Assembly (NCBI GenBank): GCA_046331705.1
Contig: JAXLQJ010000003.1
Span: forward strand, 62,001 to 126,000
Reading direction: 5' to 3'
From: a bacterium
GTDB lineage: Bacteria > JADJOY01
DNA length: 64,000 bases
A program made the translations under genes and the position numbers. Numbering within the stretch: the first letter of the stretch is position 1; the number at the start of each line of letters is the position of its first letter. The notes beneath the pieces are model-generated. The model saw nothing but the letters and a program-made list of their open reading frames with translations. It was not told the origin of the DNA and ran no database searches. Of this stretch, positions 48,560 to 57,760 are shown one piece after another.

Positions 48560-49560
48560 AGAAGCGCGCCACGCTCGGGGCGGCCGAGAGTGTGGCGGCC
48601 CGGTGCCGTCCACCGCCACGCCGACCATCGCGCTGGGTCCGCGCGCTGGCGCTCGGCGCGTTGTTGATGCCTCCCGCCGTGGTGCGCGATGCACGCGCCG
48701 AGCCGGCCGCGGCGGCGACCAGCGCCGTGTTCGCCGTGCGCAGCGGCGAGCTGGTCGCGTACGACGCCGTGCTCGCGAGCTTCCGCGCCACACTCGGCTC
48801 CGAGGTCGCGAGCACCTCGCTTCCCGACGTCCAGGAGCACGCCACCGCGGTGCTGGATCGCCTCGCCGCCGATCGACCCAAGCTCTTCTTCGCCCTCGGC
48901 GCGCGGGCGGCGGCCGTGCTCCACCACGAGCTTCCGGGCACGCCGCTGGTGTTCGCGATGGTGCTGCAGCCCGATCGCTACGAGCTCACCGGACGCAACG
49001 TGGCGGGGGTGCGACAGACCGTGGATCCACGAACCCAGCTTCGCGCGCTCCACCGACTGATGCCGGCGCTACGCCGGGTCGGCGTTCCGTTCGATCCCGA
49101 GCACACCCGCGCGCTCGCCGACGAGGCGGTCGCCGACGGGCTCGAGCTCGGCCTCACGCCGGTCGCCGCGGCCATCGCGTCGAAGGAGGCCGCCGCTGGG
49201 GTGCTGAGCCGTCTCGTCGAGAACGTCGACGCGCTGTGGGTGCCGCCGGACTCGACCCTCGTCAACCCGGAGACCCTGGCGCTGTTGCTGCACGTGGCGA
49301 GCGAGCACCGAATCGCGGTGATGACCCACAGCGAGCACGTGGTGGAGACGGGCGCGCTCCTGGCGCTCGCCGTCGACGAGCGCGCGGTGGGAGCCCGGGC
49401 GGCGGAGATCGCCCGCGAGGTGCTCGCGGGCAAGCCCGCCGGCCAGATCGGCATCGTCGACGCGCCAGCGCGACTGGTGCTCAACGTCGACGCCGCGGCG
49501 CGGCTCGGCCTCTCGATCCCGCGCGAGATGCTCCGCGAGGCGGCGCGGGTGTACCCATGA
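48556..49560 (+). CDS. Periplasmic solute-binding protein (ABC_sub_bind type) with no transporter partners
   Basis: ALGARAA, PLVFAMV..P, NVAGV, RRVGV.FDP, VDALWVPPDST, V..GALLA, LVLN..AA.RLGL.IP..ML..A. The start overlaps the receptor stop. Confidence 0.85.
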   Translation: MKKRATLGAAESVAARCRPPPRRPSRWVRALALGALLMPPAVVRDARAEPAAAATSAVFAVRSGELVAYDAVLASFRATLGSEVASTSLPDVQEHATAVLDRLAADRPKLFFALGARAAAVLHHELPGTPLVFAMVLQPDRYELTGRNVAGVRQTVDPRTQLRALHRLMPALRRVGVPFDPEHTRALADEAVADGLELGLTPVAAAIASKEAAAGVLSRLVENVDALWVPPDSTLVNPETLALLLHVASEHRIAVMTHSEHVVETGALLALAVDERAVGARAAEIAREVLAGKPAGQIGIVDAPARLVLNVDAAARLGLSIPREMLREAARVYP

Positions 49561-51908
49561 CCACCTTCGGCCTGCGCGCCCGGCTCGGTATCCGCGGCGT
49601 GTTGCTGCTCGGCGTCCTCCCGCCGGTGCTGCTCGCGCTCTCGGCGGTCGGCGTCTTCGCCTATCGGACGGCGCGGGGCGAGGTGCTGGCGCAAAAGCAG
49701 CTCGAGCTCGCCAATCGCATGGACCGGGCGCGCGCCGACCTGGCGCGGACGCTCAGCCATCCGGTGGCCGATCTCATGAACCTGTCGCGTAGCTCGCTGA
49801 TCGCGAGCTTCCACTTCAATGCCCGCTACGGGCTGGCCGACGCGGCGGACGCCTCCGAGGTCGCGCTGCGCGAGTCGTTCCGCCACCTGCTCGCGGTGGC
49901 GCCCAACTACCACGGCATCGCCTACGTCGACTCGACCGGCGCCCGGGTGGATGCGGTGACGAGCGGCGGCGGGGGCGCGGCCGCCGGCGACCCGCCCTTC
50001 GACCTCGCGGAGATCTGCGCGGAGATCGCGCGGCTTCCGGTGGCCACGCCCCGCTTGCCGGAGCGGCTGCTCGAGAACGGCAGCCATCGGCTGTTGCGCT
50101 ACGCGGTGAGCGTCGGTGAGGCCACTGGCGAGCGCCTCGGCACGCTGGTGGTCGATCTCGATTTCGCCGCCGTGAACCGGATCCTCGACGAGCTGGCGCT
50201 CGAGCTGGGCGGCGCGGCGGCGCTCTGGAGCGACGGCACTCCCCTCGCGGAGGTCGTGCGCGGCCTGCCCTCGGCGACGCCACTCGGGCAGCTGCGCGGA
50301 CGCGCCGCCGAGCTGGCGAGCCAGATGGATGCTGAGCGGCGCGCCGTGAGGCACGACGAGGGGACGCTTCTCGGCATCGCGTGGCCCACGCCGGAAACCG
50401 ATCCGCTGGCGCTCGGCTGGGTCCTCGGCATCGTCGTTCCCGATGCCGCCTATCTGCAGCGCGTGCTCGACCTGCGCCGCAGCGTGCTGCTGCTGACGCT
50501 GCTCACCGCCGGGTCGGTCACCGCCGTGTGCGTGCTGTTCGTGAGCCAGCTCTCGTGGCCGCTGCGCTCGCTCACCGACGCCATCCGCCGCACCGGCGAA
50601 GGAGATCTCACGGCCGAGGTCGACGAGGGCTGGCGCAACGAGATCGGAGCGGCGGCGCGCGCCTTCAACCGCACGCTGCGCGCCCTCAGGCTCAGCCGCG
50701 CGGCGCTCGGCGCGCAGGTCGCGGAGACCGAGCGCATCAAGGGCGACCTCGAGAACCTCATCGAAGGATTGCCGAGCGCGGTGGTGCTGGTGGACGCGGC
50801 AGGCCACGTCCGCTACTGGAACGGTCAGGCGGAGCGCCAGACGGGGATCGCCCGCGACGCGGCGCTGGCGCGTGACCTCTTCGAGCTCGGCGCTGGCTAC
50901 GAGGCGCACCGCGAGCGCTTCGCGCGTGTGCTGCGCGACGCACGCTCCGAGGAAGTCCGGCGCGAGCTGGTGCCCGGCGGCGACGGTCGCAGCTGGGTGC
51001 GGCGCCTCACCCTCCACCCCATCACCGGCGCGGGGACGCCAGGCGTGGTGCTCATCTCGGAGGACGTGACCGCCGCCGATCGCTTGGAGCGGGCGATGGT
51101 CCAGGCGGACAAGCTCGCGTCCGTGGGCGGCCTCGCCGCCGGCATGGCGCACGAGCTCAACAACCCGCTGGCCGGGATCTTCTCGAACCTCGAGATCCTG
51201 GAGCGACGCCTCGATCCGGCTCAGCCGAGCGCGCGCGAGCGGCTGGCGCGCGCGGGCTTCGACGCGCCGACCATCGAGCGCTTGGCCCACTTCCTCGCCG
51301 AGCAGCGCATCACGCGCCACGCCGAGCTGATCCGCGTGTGTGCGACCCGCGCCACGCGCATCGTCCAGAACCTCCTCGACTTCTCGCGCAGCAGCCGCTC
51401 CGTGCTCGGCAGCGAGGGCGTCGCGGCACTCGTGGACAACACGCTGTTGCTCGCCCAGGCGGAATACGACGTGGCGCGCGGCTACGACGTGCGCGACATC
51501 GAGGTGCGCAGGCTCTTGCCGGACGATCTGCCCGCCGTGCGCTGCGATCGCCAGCAGATCGAGCAAGTGCTGCTCAACCTGGTCAAGAACGCGGCGCAGG
51601 CGCTGGCGGCGAAGCGGCGCGCGCAGCCCGACTTTCGTCCCTGCCTGACGTTTCGCGCCCACGCCGAGAACGGGCGCGTGTGCGTGGCCGTGGAGGACAA
51701 CGGGCCGGGAATCCCGCCCGATGCCCGCGAGCACGTCTTCGAGCCGTTCTTCTCGACGAAGGACGTGGGCGAGGGCACCGGGCTGGGTCTCTCGATCAGC
51801 TACTTCATCGTGACCGAGGGGCACGGGGGCGCGCTGCGCGTCGAGGACTGCGAATCCGGCGGGGCACGCTTCGTCCTGGAGCTTCCCGCCGCCGAGGCGA
51901 GCACGTGA
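49557..51908 (+). CDS. Membrane sensor histidine kinase (TM, Cache-like, TM, HAMP, PAS, HisKA, HATPase)
   Basis: Two TM segments, HAMP (PLRSL...GDLT..NEIG..A.AFN), PAS (YWN..AE..TG), AGMAHELNNPL, QVLLNLVKNA, DNGPGI, FEPFFSTK..GEGTGLGL. Confidence 0.93.
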   Translation: MTTFGLRARLGIRGVLLLGVLPPVLLALSAVGVFAYRTARGEVLAQKQLELANRMDRARADLARTLSHPVADLMNLSRSSLIASFHFNARYGLADAADASEVALRESFRHLLAVAPNYHGIAYVDSTGARVDAVTSGGGGAAAGDPPFDLAEICAEIARLPVATPRLPERLLENGSHRLLRYAVSVGEATGERLGTLVVDLDFAAVNRILDELALELGGAAALWSDGTPLAEVVRGLPSATPLGQLRGRAAELASQMDAERRAVRHDEGTLLGIAWPTPETDPLALGWVLGIVVPDAAYLQRVLDLRRSVLLLTLLTAGSVTAVCVLFVSQLSWPLRSLTDAIRRTGEGDLTAEVDEGWRNEIGAAARAFNRTLRALRLSRAALGAQVAETERIKGDLENLIEGLPSAVVLVDAAGHVRYWNGQAERQTGIARDAALARDLFELGAGYEAHRERFARVLRDARSEEVRRELVPGGDGRSWVRRLTLHPITGAGTPGVVLISEDVTAADRLERAMVQADKLASVGGLAAGMAHELNNPLAGIFSNLEILERRLDPAQPSARERLARAGFDAPTIERLAHFLAEQRITRHAELIRVCATRATRIVQNLLDFSRSSRSVLGSEGVAALVDNTLLLAQAEYDVARGYDVRDIEVRRLLPDDLPAVRCDRQQIEQVLLNLVKNAAQALAAKRRAQPDFRPCLTFRAHAENGRVCVAVEDNGPGIPPDAREHVFEPFFSTKDVGEGTGLGLSISYFIVTEGHGGALRVEDCESGGARFVLELPAAEAST

Positions 51909-52282
51909 AACGCCGGCTGCTGATCGTCGACGACGAGGCCTACTTCCGCGAAGCGGTGGCCTCGTACCTGGAGGACGAGGGCTACGAGGTCCGCGTCGCC
52001 GCCACCGCCGGAGAGGCACTGGAGCGTGTCGCCGCCGAGGTCCCCGACCTGTGCGTGCTCGATCTGCGCATGCCCGACGTGGACGGCTTCGAGCTGGCGA
52101 GCCGGCTGCGCCGGGTGGCGCCCGAGCTGCGTCTGCTGGTGGTGTCCGGCTCGGCGCGCTTTCTGCCCGCGGCGGCGCTCGAGAGCCTCGGGCTCGACGC
52201 CGAGGACGTCGTGGCGAAGCCCATTCCTCGGCTCGCGACGCTCGCGGACCGAATCGCCGAACGATTGGGAGACCGAGCGTGA
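51905..52282 (+). CDS. Single-domain response regulator (REC only)
   Basis: LIVDDE, VLDLRMPDVDG, VSG, KP. Confidence 0.9.
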   Translation: MKRRLLIVDDEAYFREAVASYLEDEGYEVRVAATAGEALERVAAEVPDLCVLDLRMPDVDGFELASRLRRVAPELRLLVVSGSARFLPAAALESLGLDAEDVVAKPIPRLATLADRIAERLGDRA

Positions 52283-53514
52283 GCGAGTCCCCCATCGTGC
52301 TCATCGTCGACGACGAGGAACCGGTGCGCGCCGGCATGGCCGTGTTCCTGGAGGATGCGGGCTATCGCGTGCGCGAGGCGGCTTCGGTGGCCGACGCGTG
52401 CACGGTGCTCGGCGCGGACGACGTCGGGCTCGTCCTCACCGACATCCGCATGCCGGGCGCCAGCGGCCTCGAGCTGGTGCGCTTCGTGCGCGACCATCAC
52501 CCCGACACCCACTCGATCCTGGTGTCCGGACGCGGCAATCTCGAGGACGCCATCGAGGCGATCCGCGCCGGCGCCTACGACTACCTGACCAAGCCCGTCG
52601 AGCGCATGGAGGTTCTCGAGCTCGCGGTGCGCCGCGCCCTCGAATCGCGCCGACTCAGGCTCGACGAGCGGCGCCACGCGGCGGCCCTCGCCAGCGCGCA
52701 CCGCGCCCTCGAAGAGGCGCAGGCGCACTTGGTACAGTCCGCGAAGATGGCGGCGCTCGGCGAGCTGGTCGCCGGCGTCGCGCACGAGATCAACAACCCG
52801 CTCGCGTTCGTGTACGCCAACGTCCGCATCCTCGACGACTACCTGGGCGACCTGGAGGGGCTGACGCGCGGCTTGGACGGTGCGCCGCCCGGCGTCCGCG
52901 AGGCCTCGCTCGACGAAGCGCTCACCAACATTCGCCGCATCGTCGACGGCTGCCGCGTGGGCACCGAGCGCACCCGCGCGATCGTCGCCCGGCTGCGCTC
53001 CTTCAGCCGTCCCGGCGAAGGCGACCGCCACGAGGTCGACCTTCACGAGATGCTGGAAGCGGCGCTCATGCTGGTGGGTCACCGCCTCGAGAACCGGATT
53101 CGCGTGCACCGCTCGTACGCGACGCTGCCGCGCTACCCGTGCCACGGCAGCGACCTGAGCCAGGTCTTCCTCAATCTGCTGGCGAACGCGATCGAGGCGA
53201 TCGACGGCACCGGTGACGTGTGGCTGCGGACCTGGATCGAGCCCGGCGGCGCCGGCACGACCTCCCCTCGCGCCTGGATCGCCGTCGCCGTGCGGGATAG
53301 CGGACCCGGGATCCCGCTCCCTCTCGTGGGGCGAATCTTCGAGCCCTTCTTCACCACCAAGCCCCCTGCCGCCGGGATGGGCCTCGGCCTGTTCGTGAGC
53401 TACGGAATCGTGGCGCGGCACGGCGGACGGCTGGAGGTGGTCCAGCCGACCTCGGGCGGCGCCGAGCTGCGCGTGCTCCTGCCGCTCCTGAACCCTTGCG
53501 CCCCCAACGCCTAG
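52279..53514 (+). CDS. Cytoplasmic hybrid REC-histidine kinase
   Basis: VLIVDDE, LTDIRMPG, YLTKP; AGVAHEINNPL, QVFLNLLANA, DSGPGI, GMGLGL. Confidence 0.92.
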   Translation: MSESPIVLIVDDEEPVRAGMAVFLEDAGYRVREAASVADACTVLGADDVGLVLTDIRMPGASGLELVRFVRDHHPDTHSILVSGRGNLEDAIEAIRAGAYDYLTKPVERMEVLELAVRRALESRRLRLDERRHAAALASAHRALEEAQAHLVQSAKMAALGELVAGVAHEINNPLAFVYANVRILDDYLGDLEGLTRGLDGAPPGVREASLDEALTNIRRIVDGCRVGTERTRAIVARLRSFSRPGEGDRHEVDLHEMLEAALMLVGHRLENRIRVHRSYATLPRYPCHGSDLSQVFLNLLANAIEAIDGTGDVWLRTWIEPGGAGTTSPRAWIAVAVRDSGPGIPLPLVGRIFEPFFTTKPPAAGMGLGLFVSYGIVARHGGRLEVVQPTSGGAELRVLLPLLNPCAPNA

Positions 53515-53535
53515 ACCCGGAAGCTCGAGCACTCC

Positions 53536-55185
53536 ATGCGCGCACACGTTTCCAACGTCATCCTGGAACCACCGACCTTCGACGACGGCAAGGGCGGCGA
53601 CTCGCCCGGCGGCGGTGCCGTGCCGCTGCGTGCCCTCGATCCGGCGGAAGCCGAGGCATCGCCCGCGCCGCGCCCGGCGACGGTGCTGGTCGTCGACGAC
53701 GAGCCGATGGCCCTCGACTCGCTCGAGCTCACGCTCAAGCGGCAGTGGCGGGTGCTGCGCGCGGCGAGCGGCGGCGACGCGCTGGCGGTGCTCGCGCGCG
53801 AGCCGGTCGACGTGGTGATCGCCGATCAACGCATGCCCGGCATGACCGGCGTCGAGCTACTGGAGCACGTCTACCGCGAGCATCCCGACGTCACCCGCGT
53901 GCTGCTCACTGGCTACACGGACCTCGAGGGGATGCTCGCGGCCGTGAACCGCGGTCACGTCTACTTCTACCTGACCAAGCCCTGGGACCCCGCCGAGCTG
54001 CGGGCGCACGTGGAGCGCGCGTTCGCGGCGCGGCGCGTGGCGCTCGAGCAGCAACAGGCGCTCACCTCGCTGCGCGCCGCCAACGCGGCGCTCGCCAGCG
54101 AGACTGCCTCGCTGCGCGACGCGCTCGGCGGGCCAGCGCGCTTCGAGGATTTCGCCGGCACCAGCGCGGGGCTGCGCGAGGCACTCGACCTCGCCGCGCG
54201 GGTCGCCAGCTCGGACGTGACGGTGCTCCTCGAGGGCGAGTCGGGCACCGGCAAGGAGCGCCTCGCGCGCGCGATCCACGCGGCGAGCCCGCGGGCGCGT
54301 CAGCCGTTCGTGGCGGTCAACTGCGGTGCGCTTCCCGAATCGCTGCTCGAGAGCGAGCTCTTCGGGCATGCGCGCGGCGCGTTCACCGGCGCCGTCACCG
54401 ACAAGAAGGGGCTCTTCGAGGAGGCCAACGGCGGCACCTTGCTGCTCGACGAGGTCGGCGACACCTCGCTCGCCATGCAGGTGAAGCTGCTGCGCGCGCT
54501 CCAGGAACGCACCATCCGTCCCGTGGGCACGACGCTGGCGCGCCCGGTCGACGTTCGGCTCATCAGCGCCACCCACCGCGACCTGGGCGCGATGGTGAGG
54601 TCGGGTCAGTTCCGCGAGGACTTCTACTATCGGATCAGCACCTTCCCCATCCGCCTGCCGCCGCTGCGGGAGCGGGTCGAGGACATTCCGGCCCTCGCCA
54701 CCCAGCTGCTGGCGCGGGCGGAGCGGCGGCTGCGACGCAACGTGCGCGGTCTCGCGGTCGAGACCTACGACCTGCTGCTCGGCTACCCGTTTCCGGGCAA
54801 CGTGCGCGAGCTCGAGAACGAGCTCGAGCGCGCGTTGGTGCTCGCGGAGCCGAACGACTGGATCGCGCCCGCGCTCTTCTCCGCGCGTCTGCGCGGCCTA
54901 CAGCAGCCGCGACCATCCGCGAGCGCGCCCACGAACGATCCGCAGGCCGCGCCGACCGAGCCGCCACCCTCGCCGCGAAGACGCGCGCGCCGCACGCTCG
55001 CCGAGGCGCGCGCCGAGTTCGAGCGCAGTCTCATCGAGGAGGCGTTGAGCGAATGCCACGGCAACGTTTCGCGCGCTGCGCGGATCCTCGGCCTCAGCCG
55101 CAGCGGCCTGCAGAAGCGCATGAAGGCACTCGGCGTCGGCCCGGCGCGCGGCGACGACGACTCCGACGAGTCGCCTGGCCTCTGA
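53536..55185 (+). CDS. Sigma54-dependent NtrC-family response regulator (REC, AAA+, Fis-type HTH)
   Basis: VVDDE, ADQRMPG, GESGTGKE, ESELFGH..GAFTGA, LLLDEVG, FPGNVRELEN, GNVSRAARILGLSR. Confidence 0.96.
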   Translation: MRAHVSNVILEPPTFDDGKGGDSPGGGAVPLRALDPAEAEASPAPRPATVLVVDDEPMALDSLELTLKRQWRVLRAASGGDALAVLAREPVDVVIADQRMPGMTGVELLEHVYREHPDVTRVLLTGYTDLEGMLAAVNRGHVYFYLTKPWDPAELRAHVERAFAARRVALEQQQALTSLRAANAALASETASLRDALGGPARFEDFAGTSAGLREALDLAARVASSDVTVLLEGESGTGKERLARAIHAASPRARQPFVAVNCGALPESLLESELFGHARGAFTGAVTDKKGLFEEANGGTLLLDEVGDTSLAMQVKLLRALQERTIRPVGTTLARPVDVRLISATHRDLGAMVRSGQFREDFYYRISTFPIRLPPLRERVEDIPALATQLLARAERRLRRNVRGLAVETYDLLLGYPFPGNVRELENELERALVLAEPNDWIAPALFSARLRGLQQPRPSASAPTNDPQAAPTEPPPSPRRRARRTLAEARAEFERSLIEEALSECHGNVSRAARILGLSRSGLQKRMKALGVGPARGDDDSDESPGL

Positions 55186-55255
55186 GCCCGCCGAGATCGT
55201 CGCGTCCGCACGTGCCGCGAGCGGCGCCCGCGGCGCCGGGTGGACGCCGCGGTCT

Positions 55256-57727
55256 TCAGCCGCCCTGGGTGCTCGACCACGCGGCGACGCCACCGGACTC
55301 GAAATCGCCGTCGAAGATCGCGGTTCCGGTGCGAACGGCCACGAAGCCCTGCCCTACGGCGCCACCCTCCTCGGCGATCAAGAAGCCGCGATAGACGGTG
55401 CCTGCCGTGGGGTGCAGCGCCGTCGAGCCCGACGCGGCGGGATTCGCGAGCGCCACGCCCTGGTCGATCGCTTCCTCGAGGAAGGTTCCGGAATCGGTGC
55501 TCCACGCCAGGCTGCTCGTGCCACCAGGCGCGACCACGTACGGTGTCGCGACCAGCGTGGTCGCCGGCAGCGCGCCGGCCGTCACGGTGTCGCGGACCGT
55601 CTGGCCGCTCACCACCAGCGCGTGCTGGCCGACGCTCGGCCGCGAGTCGAGCCCCGTGTAGCCGGTGCGCGCCTGTCCATCGACGGTGGCTTGCGTCGCG
55701 CCCGTCCAGGCGTAGGCGAGATCGGATTCCGCCGCGCCGTCCGAATCGCCCGCCGCTCCCGCCGGCAGCTGCTGCGTGGGAATCGCCCAGATCGCGCCGG
55801 CCTTGGGTGCGCTCACGGCGCCGCCATTGTCGTGAGTCGGTGCCTTGACCGTGCTGGTGCCGTTCGATCGGTTCACCACCAACGCGTTGAGGCCGGCGGC
55901 GTTCTTGGTCCCCGCCATCGAATGCAGGTAGTCGAAGCTCGTGTCCGGATAGAACGTGTTGCCGCCGTATTGGACGGCGTTGATCGGACCATTGGTGTAA
56001 TCGCCGTCCAGGATCGTGAAGGCGCTCGGCCCGGTGTTGTCGCTGAGCACGCAGTCGGTGACCGTGCCCGCAACGTTCCGCGGAGCGCCGGGTCCTCCGC
56101 CGCCGTCGGGCGCGAAGAAGATCGCGGCCCCCGAATGACTGTTGGTGAGCGAGTTCTCGACCAGGTACGAGCCATCCAGCGCCAGGCTCGCGCCCAGCAC
56201 CCAGATGGCGCCGCCGCTCATGCGCGCGGTGTTGAGCGCGAAGAAGCACCGCGCGACCGTCGCCGTGGTGTCACTGAAGAGCGCGAGCGCTCCCCCCGCC
56301 GCGTCGGCCGAGGTGGCGGAGCGCGCGTCGGATTGCATCAGCAGCGAGTCGCTCAGCGTGAGATCGGCGAGGCTGGCGGCGATCGCACCGCCGTAGCCGC
56401 CCTGGCTCGAGTCGCCGAGGACGTCGCAGTCGGCGAACACGACGCCGCTGAGCACCGCGGGCGCGCGGTTGCCCGCGAGGCCGCCCTGCGCGGGCACGCC
56501 GGTGCCGTAGGCGCGCGACGTGTCCCCGCCCACGAACACGCACCCGCCGAGGCGCCCGTTCCCCACGCCATCGGAGGCGCCCTCGAAGAGCGTGTCGTCC
56601 ACGGTGAGCGTTGCTGCGCGCCGATTGGTGGCACCCGAGTTGGTGCTGGAGTCGTTCACGTCGTCCGAGTGGATGAATAGCGCGCCGCCGTTGCCCTGGC
56701 CCGAGCCAGTGCCCACCGCGGCGTTGGCGCGGAAGATCGAGTGCTCGATGGCGGTGATGCAGCGGTAGCAGCTCAGCGCACCGCCGCCTTGCGACTCGTT
56801 GCTCTCGAAGCGCGAATGGAAGATGCGCAGCGTCGTCTGGTCCTCGCCGTGGATCGCGCCGCCCTCGGTCGCGCCGGGAGCGGTGACGCCGGCCGCGGGG
56901 CTCGCGACGTTGTTCACGAACGTGGAGTTGGCGATCAGCACGTCCGCGGCGGGGGTGGCGACGGGATCGGTCCAGGACCCGAGCGCGTAGATGGCACCGC
57001 CGGCGTAGCCAGCGCCGTTGCCCTCGAAGCGTGACTGAGTCACGCGCAGCGTCGCGTCGACCACGGCGATCGCGCCGCCGAAGGCGTTGTTCTGGTGGCC
57101 GGCGACGTTCGTGTGGTTGTCGATGAGCTGCGAGCCGTGGACGAAGACCCGTGACCCCTCGTACGCGAGGATCGCCCCACCCGCGAGCTTGGCGGTGTTG
57201 CCGCTCATGAGCACGTTCGAGAAATACGCCGTCGACCCGAGTCCCACGGAGATCGCGCCGCCGCCGTTGGTCACCGTGACGGAGGTGTTCTGCAGGAACT
57301 GGCAGTCGACGAAGGTCACGGTCGCGTTCGCCAGCGTCACACCGGCCCCGATTCCCGCGGTGTTCGACCGGCCGTTGGCGATGGTGATCCCCTCGAAGAC
57401 CAGCGGCCTGCCGGTGCCGGGGGTATTCATCACCCGCAGCACGTCCGTGGTTCCGCCGCCGCTCAACACCACGCTCGCGCCGGGAGCGGCGCGCACCGTG
57501 TAGCGCTTGGTCGCGCTGAAGATCTTGAAGCCGCCCGACGGCGCGACGTAGGTGCCGCTCGCCAGTTCGATGACGCCGCCGTCGGAGACCTGGCTGAGCG
57601 CGGCGGTCAAGGTTGCCGCGTCGGCGGGCACCCGCACCACGGTCGCTGCCGATGCCGCGGTCGCGACGACCGCAAATGCCAGCGAGATCGCGAGCCAATG
57701 GGAAGCGGCGACGCGCACGAACGGCAT
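55256..57727 (-). CDS. Secreted right-handed beta-helix protein (Pmp-like GGAI/FxxN repeats) with C-terminal FDGDFESG tail
   Basis: Signal peptide, VRVPAD..TL.AA, many GGAI/GGAL plus F..N motifs, no autotransporter barrel. Confidence 0.85.
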   Translation of the reverse strand: MPFVRVAASHWLAISLAFAVVATAASAATVVRVPADAATLTAALSQVSDGGVIELASGTYVAPSGGFKIFSATKRYTVRAAPGASVVLSGGGTTDVLRVMNTPGTGRPLVFEGITIANGRSNTAGIGAGVTLANATVTFVDCQFLQNTSVTVTNGGGAISVGLGSTAYFSNVLMSGNTAKLAGGAILAYEGSRVFVHGSQLIDNHTNVAGHQNNAFGGAIAVVDATLRVTQSRFEGNGAGYAGGAIYALGSWTDPVATPAADVLIANSTFVNNVASPAAGVTAPGATEGGAIHGEDQTTLRIFHSRFESNESQGGGALSCYRCITAIEHSIFRANAAVGTGSGQGNGGALFIHSDDVNDSSTNSGATNRRAATLTVDDTLFEGASDGVGNGRLGGCVFVGGDTSRAYGTGVPAQGGLAGNRAPAVLSGVVFADCDVLGDSSQGGYGGAIAASLADLTLSDSLLMQSDARSATSADAAGGALALFSDTTATVARCFFALNTARMSGGAIWVLGASLALDGSYLVENSLTNSHSGAAIFFAPDGGGGPGAPRNVAGTVTDCVLSDNTGPSAFTILDGDYTNGPINAVQYGGNTFYPDTSFDYLHSMAGTKNAAGLNALVVNRSNGTSTVKAPTHDNGGAVSAPKAGAIWAIPTQQLPAGAAGDSDGAAESDLAYAWTGATQATVDGQARTGYTGLDSRPSVGQHALVVSGQTVRDTVTAGALPATTLVATPYVVAPGGTSSLAWSTDSGTFLEEAIDQGVALANPAASGSTALHPTAGTVYRGFLIAEEGGAVGQGFVAVRTGTAIFDGDFESGGVAAWSSTQGG

Positions 57728-57760
57728 CCTGTCCGCTCGACACGTGCCGAGCCTGCAGGC

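Noticed and set aside
48556-49560. ABC transporter operon
   Set aside because: No permease or ATPase gene is adjacent, and the binding protein is coupled to a histidine kinase instead.
17282-52337. Very long alternative-frame and antisense ORFs (e.g. 17282-20014 +, 20869-23367 +, 48978-52337 -) and long N-terminal extensions in the ORF track
   Set aside because: They are Arg/Ala/Pro-rich shadows expected from stop-codon scarcity in high-GC DNA, and they overlap well-supported genes.
55256-57727. Pmp-like autotransporter
   Set aside because: GGAI/FxxN repeats are present, but there is no C-terminal beta-barrel or terminal aromatic residue.
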